Shown here: positions 27,104 to 35,510 of the stretch, in pieces
How positions within the stretch are numbered: the first letter of the stretch is position 1
How the letters are laid out: every line of letters begins with the position of its first letter
Source of the DNA: Pseudolabrys sp.
GTDB taxonomy: Bacteria; Pseudomonadota; Alphaproteobacteria; Rhizobiales; Xanthobacteraceae
NCBI GenBank assembly: GCA_050184975.1
Contig: JBFWZV010000013.1
Span: 821 to 64,820 of the forward strand
Direction of reading: 5' to 3'
DNA: 64,000 nucleotides
Translations under genes and position numbers: made by a program
Notes under the pieces: model-generated
The model's database searches: none
Told to the model about the DNA's origin: nothing
The model's input: the letters and a program-made list of their open reading frames with translations, nothing else

Positions 27104-28930
27104 CTAGCGGGCCGGCGACGCCGCGGCGTTACCCCAGCGGCCGAGCGTATGCTGGCGTTCAGCCGCGAGCACGGGGGCCGGTGATTGGCTGCCAGCGTCG
27201 TGCGCGGCGACAGCGCCTAATGCTTCGAGTCCGGCCTTTGTTTCGGGGTCTCGCATCGCGTCCGCAAACAGTGCCTCGTCGCGCCATGTCCAGCGGCCGT
27301 CTTCGAGTCGCGCATAAATTCGTCCGGTGTTCTGGTCGGCGAAATTGATCGCCGGAATCCAGCGTGCGCAACGCTTCAGAAACGCCAAATTGCGAGCCGG
27401 TGTGAGATCGCGACCGCGATAGACCTCCTCGGGTCGCCGCGCGCGAATGTCGATATTGCGGAATCGGTCGATGTCGATCATGCGCCCGACATCGAGGATC
27501 GTCATTTCAGTATTCCAGCCGCAGGCGACAGTGCGTGGCGGTTCGCCAAGCGGAACGCTGTTGTCGAGAAACTCGTAGTGGACGCGTTTTCCGGTCGCCA
27601 GCGCCCAGGTGAAGAACAGTTCCGGCATGCCGGTATAGGCCTCGACATTATGCGCGAGCAAATCCTCGACCGCCTTGTAGCGGCCGACTTTCAGGCCGCG
27701 CAGCCAGGCGCGCTCGACCGTTGCCTCTGGCGGCGTAATCATGAAGAACAGATAGACGAGATCGCCGAACCGCGTCAGCAGCCGGCTCGAGCCCTGGCCT
27801 TCGAGTTCCGGTACGAAGCTGTCGAAGCGAAAACGGTCGATCAGCAGATGCGGCAACCTCTCCCGCGCGGCACGGGCGGCCATGCGGCGGTCGAGCTTCT
27901 TGTCGATCGCCTCAAGCTCGTGACCTGACAGCGTTCCGGCATACTTGTAGGCCGCACCAAGCGAGCCGTAATCGAGCAGGAACTTGCGCCAGATGTCCGG
28001 GCTGATGAGCGCGAAGTCCTCCCAGGGAAAGTTCAGCTTGCGCGCGAGATCCTTCTGCAACGGCCGCATCGAACTCTTGCCCGAGGCGGACGCTCCTTTG
28101 ATGTTCATCACCACCGGATGTTCCTGCGACGGCAGCAGGCGGAAACCTTCGGCCTCGGCTGCCGCGCGGACGATGGGCGCGATGGTCTCGCCGATCAGCG
28201 CGCTGCCATAGTCGTTGCAAACGAGCGTCCCGGCGATCTCGGAGAGCAAGTCGGCATTGCCGAACAAACGGCCGTGGCGGGCGAACACCGCATTGCCGAC
28301 CCGGTACAGGGCTTCAAAACAGCTTTCCGCCAAAGGATCGTCGGTATCCTCAGCGCGGCGAGCCCAATCCTCGATGATGTCGAGTTCACGCCGGTCTGCC
28401 GATTTCGGCGGCGACGGCGTGGATCTGGGCGACCTGAACAGGCGCTGCAACAGACCCGGCGATACAGCCGGAGCAACGGCACGCGGAGCCACCTGCGCTT
28501 CCTTGATCGCATTGCCGATCAGCGCGGCGGCATCTCGCTTGGCGTCCGCAAGGATTCTCGCAAGTTCGGCGCCGTGCGGCATGACGTGGCGGGTCAGGAT
28601 GGCACCGGCGATGTCGCGGAAATTGCGTCCGAGGTCTTCGTAATCGCGGCCGTCCGGCACCGAGATGCCGGTAGTCACATGGATGAGCGTCTCGTGAACG
28701 GCGAGCCGTTCCGGGCGATAGGCGACCAGTTCATGCGCCGGCAGGCCACACCAGGCGGACAGTTCCTGCGCCTTGTCGAGCGGCGTCGAAACATTTTCCG
28801 GCCGGAACACCGTGGCGAGCGGCAGGAAGGCACGCGGCAGTTCGGAGTCGAGACCGGGGTCCCAGGCATGATGGCCTTCGGCGTCGACTGGCCGTTCGTC
28901 CACCATCGCTGTCATGTCGGGTTCTGTCAT
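27104..28930 (-). CDS. Hypothetical protein with a C-terminal P-loop NTPase (zeta-toxin-like) domain
   Basis: GASASGKS Walker A, ISPDIWRK, VERAWLRG; unassigned helical N-terminal half. Confidence 0.7.
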   Translation of the reverse strand: MTEPDMTAMVDERPVDAEGHHAWDPGLDSELPRAFLPLATVFRPENVSTPLDKAQELSAWCGLPAHELVAYRPERLAVHETLIHVTTGISVPDGRDYEDLGRNFRDIAGAILTRHVMPHGAELARILADAKRDAAALIGNAIKEAQVAPRAVAPAVSPGLLQRLFRSPRSTPSPPKSADRRELDIIEDWARRAEDTDDPLAESCFEALYRVGNAVFARHGRLFGNADLLSEIAGTLVCNDYGSALIGETIAPIVRAAAEAEGFRLLPSQEHPVVMNIKGASASGKSSMRPLQKDLARKLNFPWEDFALISPDIWRKFLLDYGSLGAAYKYAGTLSGHELEAIDKKLDRRMAARAARERLPHLLIDRFRFDSFVPELEGQGSSRLLTRFGDLVYLFFMITPPEATVERAWLRGLKVGRYKAVEDLLAHNVEAYTGMPELFFTWALATGKRVHYEFLDNSVPLGEPPRTVACGWNTEMTILDVGRMIDIDRFRNIDIRARRPEEVYRGRDLTPARNLAFLKRCARWIPAINFADQNTGRIYARLEDGRWTWRDEALFADAMRDPETKAGLEALGAVAAHDAGSQSPAPVLAAERQHTLGRWGNAAASPAR

Positions 28931-28945
28931 CGCCCCGCCTGCGCG

Positions 28946-29773
28946 CTACTCCCCGTCCGGCCGCGCGGTGCCGTTGATGTTGGCAAGATACCGCGTCACC
29001 GAAGTGTCGAACACCGCCTTGGCGTCGCGCGGGATGACGCGGTCGTAATAGTGGCCGTAGATCGTCTCGAACGAAAACGGCTGCATCGCGCGCTGGATGC
29101 CGACCACCTCGCGGCCAGACAACGGAATGAAGTTCGGATACGAGCGCATGAACGACACGAACTTGTTGTCGGTCGTGACGCTGAGGATGTCGCCGGCGCA
29201 GACGACGCCCTTGCCGCCCTGACCCGCCGCCCAGTGCAGCACCGTGCCGCCGGGGAAGTGGCCGCCGCAACGCACCAGCGTGACGCCGGGCAACAGCGAG
29301 TGCGTCTCGCCCTCCCAGTGCACGATATTGGTGTCCGGCCGCATCACCCAGTTTTTGTCGGCGGCGTGCATGTAGACCTTGCAGCCGAAGGTGCGCGTCC
29401 ATTCCGCATGCGTGGTGTAGAAATGCGGGTGCGAGATCGCCATCGCCTTGACGCCGCCGAGCGCCTTGATGACCGAGACGGTCGCGTCGTCGAGAAACGA
29501 AATGCAGTCCCACAACACGTTTCCATTCGGCGTCTGGATCAGCAGCGCGCGCTGGCCGATGGCGAATTGCGGCCGCGTGACAAAGCCGATGACGCCCGGT
29601 TCGTACTGGCGGATGCCGTTGACGCGGTCGAGCTTGAGCCGCTCCAGCGTGGTCCAGCCCTGCCCGGTCGGCGGCACGTATTGCCGCTCCTCCTCGCAGA
29701 TCACGCATTGTTTCGGAGGGTTGTCGGACGGCGGATATTGCGTGCCGCAGGCGGTGCAGATGAAGGCTGGCAT
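28946..29773 (-). CDS. MBL-fold metallo-hydrolase with N-terminal Zn ribbon
   Basis: CTACG..CVIC; ISHPHFY; GGHFPG. Confidence 0.85.
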   Translation of the reverse strand: MPAFICTACGTQYPPSDNPPKQCVICEEERQYVPPTGQGWTTLERLKLDRVNGIRQYEPGVIGFVTRPQFAIGQRALLIQTPNGNVLWDCISFLDDATVSVIKALGGVKAMAISHPHFYTTHAEWTRTFGCKVYMHAADKNWVMRPDTNIVHWEGETHSLLPGVTLVRCGGHFPGGTVLHWAAGQGGKGVVCAGDILSVTTDNKFVSFMRSYPNFIPLSGREVVGIQRAMQPFSFETIYGHYYDRVIPRDAKAVFDTSVTRYLANINGTARPDGE

Positions 29774-29791
29774 TTCACTTCACTCTCGATT

Positions 29792-29876
29792 GTCATGGCC
29801 GGATTTATTCCGGCCATCCCGGTCAGGCAGGCACAGTGTCCGCAATCGGGACCACCGGGACAAGCCCGGTGGTGAC
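29792..29876 (+). repeat. Empty 85-bp REP doublet (REPIN-like)
   Basis: GTCATGGCCGG..CCGGCCATCCCG-GTCAGGCAGGCACAG-TGTCCGC-AATCGGGACCACCGGGACAAGCCCGGTGGTGAC. Confidence 0.88.
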
Positions 29877-29881
29877 AAGGT

Positions 29882-31108
29882 TCACGGCCGCAAAATCTCC
29901 GGCGGGTGGCGGACCACGGTCTGGCGGCCGTTCTTGAACACGGCGAGCGGCGCGGCGATCTCGGCGATCGCCTGTTCCGGCGTTTCGGCGTCGATGATGA
30001 CGACGTCGCCGGGGTTGCCGACCGCGAAGCCGTAATTTTTCATATTGAGCAACCGGGCCGAGCGCGTGGTGAGCATGTCGAAGCAGTCGCGCAGTTCCTG
30101 CGGGCGGTCGAGATACTGCAGGTTGGCGTACATGTTGGCCATGCGGATCAGCGAGCAGTCGCCATAGGGCGTCGCCGGGTTGAGCACGTTGTTGGTCGAG
30201 AGCGAGCAGTTGACGCCGTGCTCCAGCAGTCGGTTGGCGTCCGCCACGCCGCGCGGATGGGAATGCGTGCAGTGGCGGCCCATCAGAAACAGGTCGGTCG
30301 CCGGCAGCACGGTGACGCCGATCCCTGAATCCGCCAGTTGCTTCGCCAGCACCGCGAACGGCTCCGGCGGCAATAACGAGAGCTTGGCCATGTGCCCGGC
30401 GACGACGCGGCCGCCGCGCTTGTACTTGTCGGTGAGTTCGCGGACGTAGTGAATGAACATGTCGTCGGCGGTCGGCCCGACGTCGAGATGCATGTCGATG
30501 TCGACGTCGTAGTCGCGGGCGAGTTCGAAAATGCGCTCGATCTGGCCGCGCGGGTCTTTGTCGTAGCGCGGCGCGCCGCCGATCACCGGGGCACCGCGCT
30601 TGAGCGCCTCGACCAGCAGTTCGTCGGTGCCGGGAAACGAGATCAGCCCCTCCTGCGGGAACACGCAGATCTCGACATCGATCGCCCATTTGAGGTCGTC
30701 GATCGCCGCCAGCACGCCGTCGAGCCCGCGCAGGCCGATGCCGGGATCGACCTCAAGCTGGGTGCGCATGCGCGTCGCGCCGTTGACGATGCAGGCCTCG
30801 AGCGTGCGCTTCGCCCGCGCATGCACGTCCTCGACCGTCATGTCTTTCTTGACCGGCGTGACGCCGAACACCGGCGACAGCTTGGCTTTCTCCTGCGGCG
30901 CGCAGCGGTCGATGATGCGCGCCTTGTCGAGATGGATGTGGGTCTCGATCAGGCCCGGACAGGCGAGCTTGCCGTTTGCGTCGTGGATTTTCGTGTTCGT
31001 GCCGGCGTCGATACGCGGTTCGATCGCCGCAATCTTGCCGGCCTTGATGCCGATGTCGGTCGCGCCGTCACGGCCGGGAACGCGCGCGTTGCGAATGAGG
31101 AGGTCCAT
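29882..31108 (-). CDS. Amidohydrolase (cytosine/creatinine deaminase-like)
   Basis: ETHIHLDK metal motif, FPQEG, IDMHLD, AGHMAKL, STNNVLNP. Confidence 0.9.
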   Translation of the reverse strand: MDLLIRNARVPGRDGATDIGIKAGKIAAIEPRIDAGTNTKIHDANGKLACPGLIETHIHLDKARIIDRCAPQEKAKLSPVFGVTPVKKDMTVEDVHARAKRTLEACIVNGATRMRTQLEVDPGIGLRGLDGVLAAIDDLKWAIDVEICVFPQEGLISFPGTDELLVEALKRGAPVIGGAPRYDKDPRGQIERIFELARDYDVDIDMHLDVGPTADDMFIHYVRELTDKYKRGGRVVAGHMAKLSLLPPEPFAVLAKQLADSGIGVTVLPATDLFLMGRHCTHSHPRGVADANRLLEHGVNCSLSTNNVLNPATPYGDCSLIRMANMYANLQYLDRPQELRDCFDMLTTRSARLLNMKNYGFAVGNPGDVVIIDAETPEQAIAEIAAPLAVFKNGRQTVVRHPPEILRP

Positions 31109-31181
31109 CGACGGCAGTCCTTTCAAAGCCCTTCAAAGTCATGGCCGGGAGTTGTTGGCCCGGCCGACGATACTTTTGCAT

Positions 31182-31266
31182 GTCATCACCGGGCTTGTCC
31201 CGGTGATCCCGATTTCTGGAACTGTGCCTCCCTAAGCGGGATGGCCGGAACAAGTCCGGCCATGAC
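31182..31266 (-). repeat. Empty 85-bp REP doublet, inverted relative to 29792-29876
   Basis: Reverse complement: GTCATGGCCGGACTTGTTCCGGCCATCCCG-CTTAGGGAGGCACAG-TTCCAGA-AATCGGGATCACCGGGACAAGCCCGGTGATGAC; a degenerate REP also lies at 31138-31168. Confidence 0.88.
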
Positions 31267-31268
31267 AG

Positions 31269-31290
31269 AAAAAAGGTGCGCGGAAGCACC
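31269..31290 (-). terminator. Intrinsic terminator ending ncRNA copy 2
   Basis: Minus strand GGTGC-TTCCGC-GCACC-TTTTTT. Confidence 0.6.
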
Positions 31291-31690
31291 CGTATTATTT
31301 CGACGGCGCCGGGGACGCCCGCTTCCCTTTTCAGTCCCTCGAAAAAGCATTTTTGCTTTCCGCGAATTGGGCAAGCCCAACGCGCGGTATCGAGGGGGAC
31401 GGAGCGCCGAAAGGCGCAACCAGTCCGTCTGTGGACGATCCGTTGCCGGATCGCCGCGCCTCTCGGCGCTCCGTCACGGCCTTTGTCCGGTCCGGGCCGC
31501 GCTTTTCGTCGGAGCGGCTTGGATCGCCGCGCCGTCCGTCAGCGAGCTCCTCGCGCCCGGGTCGTAGTGCCCGGGGAGCGGTTCCCGGTCCCGCCCGGAG
31601 CGCGTGGCTGCGAAGCACGCGCCGCAGGGGCCGCACCCGCTCCACTTCAAGAACGCCTCTAGAAGCGCCCCTCGGTGAGCAGGCGATAGG
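31269..31690 (-). ncRNA. Candidate large structured non-coding RNA, copy 2
   Basis: Homologous along its length to 7464-7901; shares ACGAAAAGCGCGGCCCGGA and GGAGCGCCGAGAGGCG; ends in hairpin plus U6. Confidence 0.65.
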
Positions 31691-31852
31691 AATATAGTCG
31701 CATTTATCACCCTGACAAATGTGAGATTATTCCTATGGCGCAGGGTGAAAATCCTGAGTCCGATCAAGCGGTTGTGGTCAGGCTTGTTCATCGCCCGGCG
31801 GGGTCTCTGTTCCCGGCGGGGTTGTATCTTGCCGAGCCGGTTGATCTGCCAC

Positions 31853-32479
31853 TCAATGAGCCGGGGGAAGTCGCGTCAGCTTTAGGATTCTCGGCTTCAA
31901 ATACTCATCGTCAGAAACGGTCACATGCCAAAGAGTCTGCGCACCTGAACCATAGGCAGAGATAGTGTGGCTTAGCGCCAAGCTGTTCAGGCGCTGGCCC
32001 CACCATCGCGACCTAAAGAAATCATCTGTGTTTGTTTCGATCTGACCAAAGGTCTTAAGGTTTCCCCTGTGCAGGACATTTCCGCACTCATTGTATAGTT
32101 CGATCACTTCGTCTTTCGTAACAATGGCTTCCGGTCTGTCGAGTACGGCCATGCTCCCGTTTTCATCTATGGTGACCTTGGTGGCTGCGGGGAAAAAATC
32201 AGGGTGCAGATGCGACATGGTGCGAAGCAAACGGTCCGCCTGCCAAATCGACTCTATTCGTTTCGACTGAGTGGCCGGAATGTCGCCGTGAGCGATCAGG
32301 CTTGAGATTGCAAATAGCTCGCACATCATCCGCAGTTCGAGATGGCAAAACTCAAAGCGCGGTCGTATGCCAAGCTCCAAGTCTTCGGAAAATAGTGTTT
32401 CAATGACTCGACCTCGGAGAACAATCTCCTGCATAATTCCGACATAGACCGGCTGCCATTCCTCGGAAATGTCCGTCAT
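31853..32479 (-). CDS. Passenger protein of unknown function (possible degenerate HEPN-like fold)
   Basis: 208 aa from ATG 32479 with AGGAG SD; motifs LELRMMCELFAISSLIAHGDI and LYNECGNVLHRG. Confidence 0.7.
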   Translation of the reverse strand: MTDISEEWQPVYVGIMQEIVLRGRVIETLFSEDLELGIRPRFEFCHLELRMMCELFAISSLIAHGDIPATQSKRIESIWQADRLLRTMSHLHPDFFPAATKVTIDENGSMAVLDRPEAIVTKDEVIELYNECGNVLHRGNLKTFGQIETNTDDFFRSRWWGQRLNSLALSHTISAYGSGAQTLWHVTVSDDEYLKPRILKLTRLPPAH

Positions 32480-32660
32480 GCCTTCTCCTAAAAATAAAGC
32501 GCCAGCGTTGAAAAAACGGCAGAGTAAGAAGCTAGAGTCCGAGCTGGATTCCGGCCCGAAGGTCGATCGCAAACGCGATCAGATCATGCGCAACATGCTC
32601 GCGATGCCGCCGAAGCAACACAAAGACATGAAGTTAGGTGCGAAAAAGCCCGGTAAATAG
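32478..32660 (+). CDS. Conserved basic micro-protein (MxPKxHxxM[RK]L motif)
   Basis: ...QIMRNMLAMPPKQHKDMKLGAKKPGK; homologous to 6261-6410; followed by a terminator. Confidence 0.6.
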   Translation: MPSPKNKAPALKKRQSKKLESELDSGPKVDRKRDQIMRNMLAMPPKQHKDMKLGAKKPGK

Positions 32661-32671
32661 CCGGGCTTTTT
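32643..32671. terminator. Bidirectional intrinsic terminator
   Basis: AAAAAGCCCGG-TAAATAG-CCGGGCTTTTT between convergent ORFs. Confidence 0.8.
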
Positions 32672-32705
32672 GATTCGTAAGGGTATGACAGAGTCATGTT
32701 CTCGC

Positions 32706-33029
32706 TCAGCGAGTGTCACCGTACTTCTTCATGACCGCAGCGGCAGCGAATGCGCTGCGTACTTTGGTATCGATCTTGCCGCCGTGAAATTTTTCAGCGA
32801 AGGCGAGAAGATCATCTGGGTTGACGATCACCTTCTCGATGATGATGCCAGGGGGCAACTGCGTCTTAAGTTGCGGAAGCCACCTTTGCATCTTTTCTTC
32901 GAATGCATCGAAGGTGGGTTGCATCTCGTCGTTAGAAATCTCACGGATGCGCTGGTAATCTTCGCGGCGATACCAAGCCAAACCCATCGCTGGAACTTTG
33001 GCCCCGAAGGGCGGTGATAAGGTATTCAT
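32706..33029 (-). CDS. Second passenger, hypothetical protein
   Basis: 107 aa, GLAWYRREDYQRI...EKVIVNPDDLLAFA...VRSAFA; ends at the bidirectional terminator. Confidence 0.65.
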   Translation of the reverse strand: MNTLSPPFGAKVPAMGLAWYRREDYQRIREISNDEMQPTFDAFEEKMQRWLPQLKTQLPPGIIIEKVIVNPDDLLAFAEKFHGGKIDTKVRSAFAAAAVMKKYGDTR

Positions 33030-33243
33030 TAAAGGCTCCGGTCTTGGCGGAGCCGCGCGCCAGCATTGATGAAAAAGCGTCCGCGACGGCTCACCAAGTG
33101 GCGCGGGCGTTAGAGGGGTGGCGAATCGCAGTCGCCACCCCTCAATTCGACCATGCGGGAGTTGAGTTGGTTAGGCCTTTGGGCCAAATTTGCGCTTTCT
33201 CCACAAAAGAAAGCGCTTCGCAGCTTGTTTTTTCGAGCGAATC

Positions 33244-34185
33244 TTAATGAGGCCGTCGATAGGTGAGGCGCTTTCCTTCGGCACCTTTCGCGATCAACTC
33301 AGCGCGGGCAACATCTTCAACCCCAAGGCCGGAACGATTGCAGTAACGGAACGAGAATTCGTCCAAGTAACGCTGCAAGTGTTGTTCGCCGCAGAAGTGA
33401 TAGGTGCCGCGCATTCCGCGCTTGAAGGTGCCAAAGAAGTTCTCGACCGCATTCGTGGTCTGGCCGTCTTTGCCGACATAGAAACCGCGCTGGTTCCAGC
33501 CATGAGTGACGGTCTTGTGAGCGGCAAATTCGCGGCCGACTTCGGTGTAGATACCGGCTTCGTCCGTGTGCAGTTCGCTTGAACGGCGAGCATTGCGAAC
33601 CAGAATATCGCGAACGGTTTTCTTGTTCGCGCTCTTGACGTGAAAGGCACGGGCGCGGCCAGAGGGCTTCTCGACAAGAGCAACGACCGAAGCCTTGTGG
33701 CGATGGCCCTTGCGATAGCCCTTCGCGCGCTTCGACGAATTGCCGTAGTAGGTTTCGTCGGCTTGGATCGTCTGGCCTTCGCCTCCCATCGGGGACGGAT
33801 TGCCATCGCGCATCGCTTCACGAATGCGGTGCATCATGAACCAAGTCGATTTGTACGAAATGCCCAACATGCGGTGCAGTTGGTGAGCGGACATGCCTTT
33901 CTTGCTGGCGGCCATCAGGTGCATCGCCAGCCACCATTTCGACAGCGGAATCTTGGAGCGTTCAAAGACAGTGCCGACCGTGACCGTGAACTGGCCCTTG
34001 CATTCGTTGCAATAGAACAGGCCCGGACGATGCGACTGCTTTTCGCCTTCGATCTTCGCAATCCGTTCCGGATCGGAATTACCGCAGTGAGGGCAGATCG
34101 GGCCTTCCGGCCAGCGGATCGCCTCCAAGTGCTCGCGCGCCTTGGTTTCGTCGGTGAAGATCGGGTTTGTCAGATTGGCGGACAT
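33244..34185 (-). CDS. IS1595-family DDE transposase
   Basis: CPHCG..CNEC, ADETYYG, HTDE, TNAVENFFG, GKRLTY; ~75% identical to 6449-7390 by manual alignment. Confidence 0.95.
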   Translation of the reverse strand: MSANLTNPIFTDETKAREHLEAIRWPEGPICPHCGNSDPERIAKIEGEKQSHRPGLFYCNECKGQFTVTVGTVFERSKIPLSKWWLAMHLMAASKKGMSAHQLHRMLGISYKSTWFMMHRIREAMRDGNPSPMGGEGQTIQADETYYGNSSKRAKGYRKGHRHKASVVALVEKPSGRARAFHVKSANKKTVRDILVRNARRSSELHTDEAGIYTEVGREFAAHKTVTHGWNQRGFYVGKDGQTTNAVENFFGTFKRGMRGTYHFCGEQHLQRYLDEFSFRYCNRSGLGVEDVARAELIAKGAEGKRLTYRRPH

Positions 34186-34248
34186 GGGTAGCTCCTATGC
34201 CCTTGTTTTTATAGGGTAGAGCTACTTTTGTCAAGGTTATAAATGCGA

Positions 34249-34278
34249 ATATAGTCCAGAGCGACTGAGAATGTCAAG
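34249..34278 (-). promoter_or_regulatory. Sigma70-type promoter CTTGAC-N18-CTATAT
   Basis: Minus strand CTTGAC ATTCTCAGTCGCTCTGGA CTATAT; same geometry as 5462-5491. Confidence 0.7.
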
Positions 34279-34283
34279 GATTT

Positions 34284-34314
34284 CGTCATGCCCGGCTTTA
34301 TGCCGGGCATGACG
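34284..34314. repeat. Single collapsed REP hairpin
   Basis: CGTCATGCCCGGC-TTTAT-GCCGGGCATGACG; 34285-34310 is an exact inverted copy of 35479-35504. Confidence 0.85.
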
Positions 34315-34319
34315 GGTTA

Positions 34320-34481
34320 CTAATCGCCCCCGTGCAATTCCATTCGCGCCCGCCTGCGCATGCGCTTCCAGAACTTGCGCTTGATCTTCTTGGTGTGAAC
34401 GCGCCCGCGGATCATCCGGCGATAGCGGTAACTCAACACGTCACACTCAGCGCCGCCCTTCCAGCCGCGAGAACCCATCAT
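34320..34481 (-). CDS. Unannotated 53-aa Arg/Lys-rich small protein
   Basis: MMGSRGWKGGAECDVLSYRYRRMIRGRVHTKKIKRKFWKRMRRRARMELHGGD; GGAGG SD 6 nt upstream; below the ORF-track cutoff. Confidence 0.55.
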   Translation of the reverse strand: MMGSRGWKGGAECDVLSYRYRRMIRGRVHTKKIKRKFWKRMRRRARMELHGGD

Positions 34482-34597
34482 GACAGACCTCCGATCATTG
34501 ATCGTTATAGGTCGGTCATCGCCGACTCCTTGTTACTAGTAGTCTCTGCGGACGAAACGGGCATAGAGGGTCAATGACTACGGTCGACACTGTCGGT

Positions 34598-35239
34598 TCA
34601 CTGGCGCGACGGCGGTATTCTCATCGAAATTCGATTGAAAATCGGAACAATTGATATTGTTCGGACTTCTTCAGGCTTTGCAGGAGTCAGAATAGCTTCA
34701 ACGGCGGTATAGACTCCAGGCGGGAAGGTAGTAGTAACCGAAAACTTCTTCTTTTTCTGAGATGCCGAAATCTGTTCGTAGGTTGCGGTCTTGATATCCC
34801 ATGGCAGACCCCACGCAACCTCGAACTCAGCGCCGTTTAGACTTGCGACCGTCAAGTTTCCAACGTGGAACTTAACGCGATAGCCATCCAAATATGGTTG
34901 TATATTTTCAATCGAGATAGGAGTTGGCCCGAGAGTAGTTCGTGCGATTCCGTATTTTCCTTCGTCGTTTAGTGTCGCTGGAGAATTCTGAAAGCCTTCA
35001 ATTTGGCTTTGAAGAAGGGTTCTGTGAAATTCAAGCGTTACAATTTTTGTATTTAGTTCTTGATAGGTCTTTCTCAGTGACGATATCTCTTGCCGTAGCA
35101 TAGATAGAGATTTTTCGGTTTTCTCTTGTGAGCGGGCTAGATGTCTGTCAACAGCAGGAGCCACGAGGTTATCGACTGGTTCGCAAGCACTTAGCGCTGC
35201 AGCACCAATTAGAATCCATAACCATTTGAAGATAGTCAT
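34598..35239 (-). CDS. DUF3251 (YajI-like) lipoprotein, low GC
   Basis: Lipobox ALSAC, coiled coil, then ISIENIQPYLDGYRVKFHVGNLT..NGAEFEVAWG; GGAGG SD; AT-rich codons. Confidence 0.7.
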   Translation of the reverse strand: MTIFKWLWILIGAAALSACEPVDNLVAPAVDRHLARSQEKTEKSLSMLRQEISSLRKTYQELNTKIVTLEFHRTLLQSQIEGFQNSPATLNDEGKYGIARTTLGPTPISIENIQPYLDGYRVKFHVGNLTVASLNGAEFEVAWGLPWDIKTATYEQISASQKKKKFSVTTTFPPGVYTAVEAILTPAKPEEVRTISIVPIFNRISMRIPPSRQ

Positions 35240-35419
35240 TAGACCCTCCCTACTCGAACTAAACGCCAATGAAATAGGGGCATTATTGTCGCCACAAAAA
35301 TTAGGGCGATCTCAAAGGACGCTCTACCAAAACCGCAAATTAGCATCCTTATCAACGAATTGATTTTTCTACCCCCTCAACACCCTTCGTTTTTCAACGT
35401 CACACCATTTGCTTCTCTG

Positions 35420-35504
35420 CGTCATGGCCGGGCTTGTCCCGGCCATCCACGTCTTGCCTACCGATAAGTAAGACGTGGATGCCCGGCATAAAGCCGGGCA
35501 TGAC
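35420..35504. repeat. REP doublet of a second linker type (CCACGTCTT...AAGACGTGG)
   Basis: CGTCATGGCCGGGCTTGTCCCGGCCATCCACGTCTT-N15-AAGACGTGGATGCCCGGCATAAAGCCGGGCATGAC, downstream of prpE. Confidence 0.9.
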
Positions 35505-35510
35505 AGAGCA

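Larger units (their letters stand above)
31699..34247 (-). mobile_element. IS1595-family element with passenger genes (element 2)
   Basis: TIRs CGCATTTAT(C/A)ACC(C/T)TGACAAA(T/A)GT (21/24 match); 8-bp direct repeat AATATAGT at 31691-31698 and 34248-34255. Confidence 0.93.

Noticed and set aside
31735-31965. 76-aa plus-strand ORF at the left end of IS element 2, and 33014-33247
   Set aside because: No motif, no homology to the positional counterpart in element 1, and they overlap better-supported minus-strand features.
34530-34580. CGGACGAAAC suggested a hammerhead ribozyme core
   Set aside because: No CUGANGA partner on the same strand at a suitable position.
29792-35504. Clustered palindromic repeats as a CRISPR array
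   Set aside because: Irregular spacing, inverted orientations, no unique equal-length spacers and no cas genes; these are REP elements.
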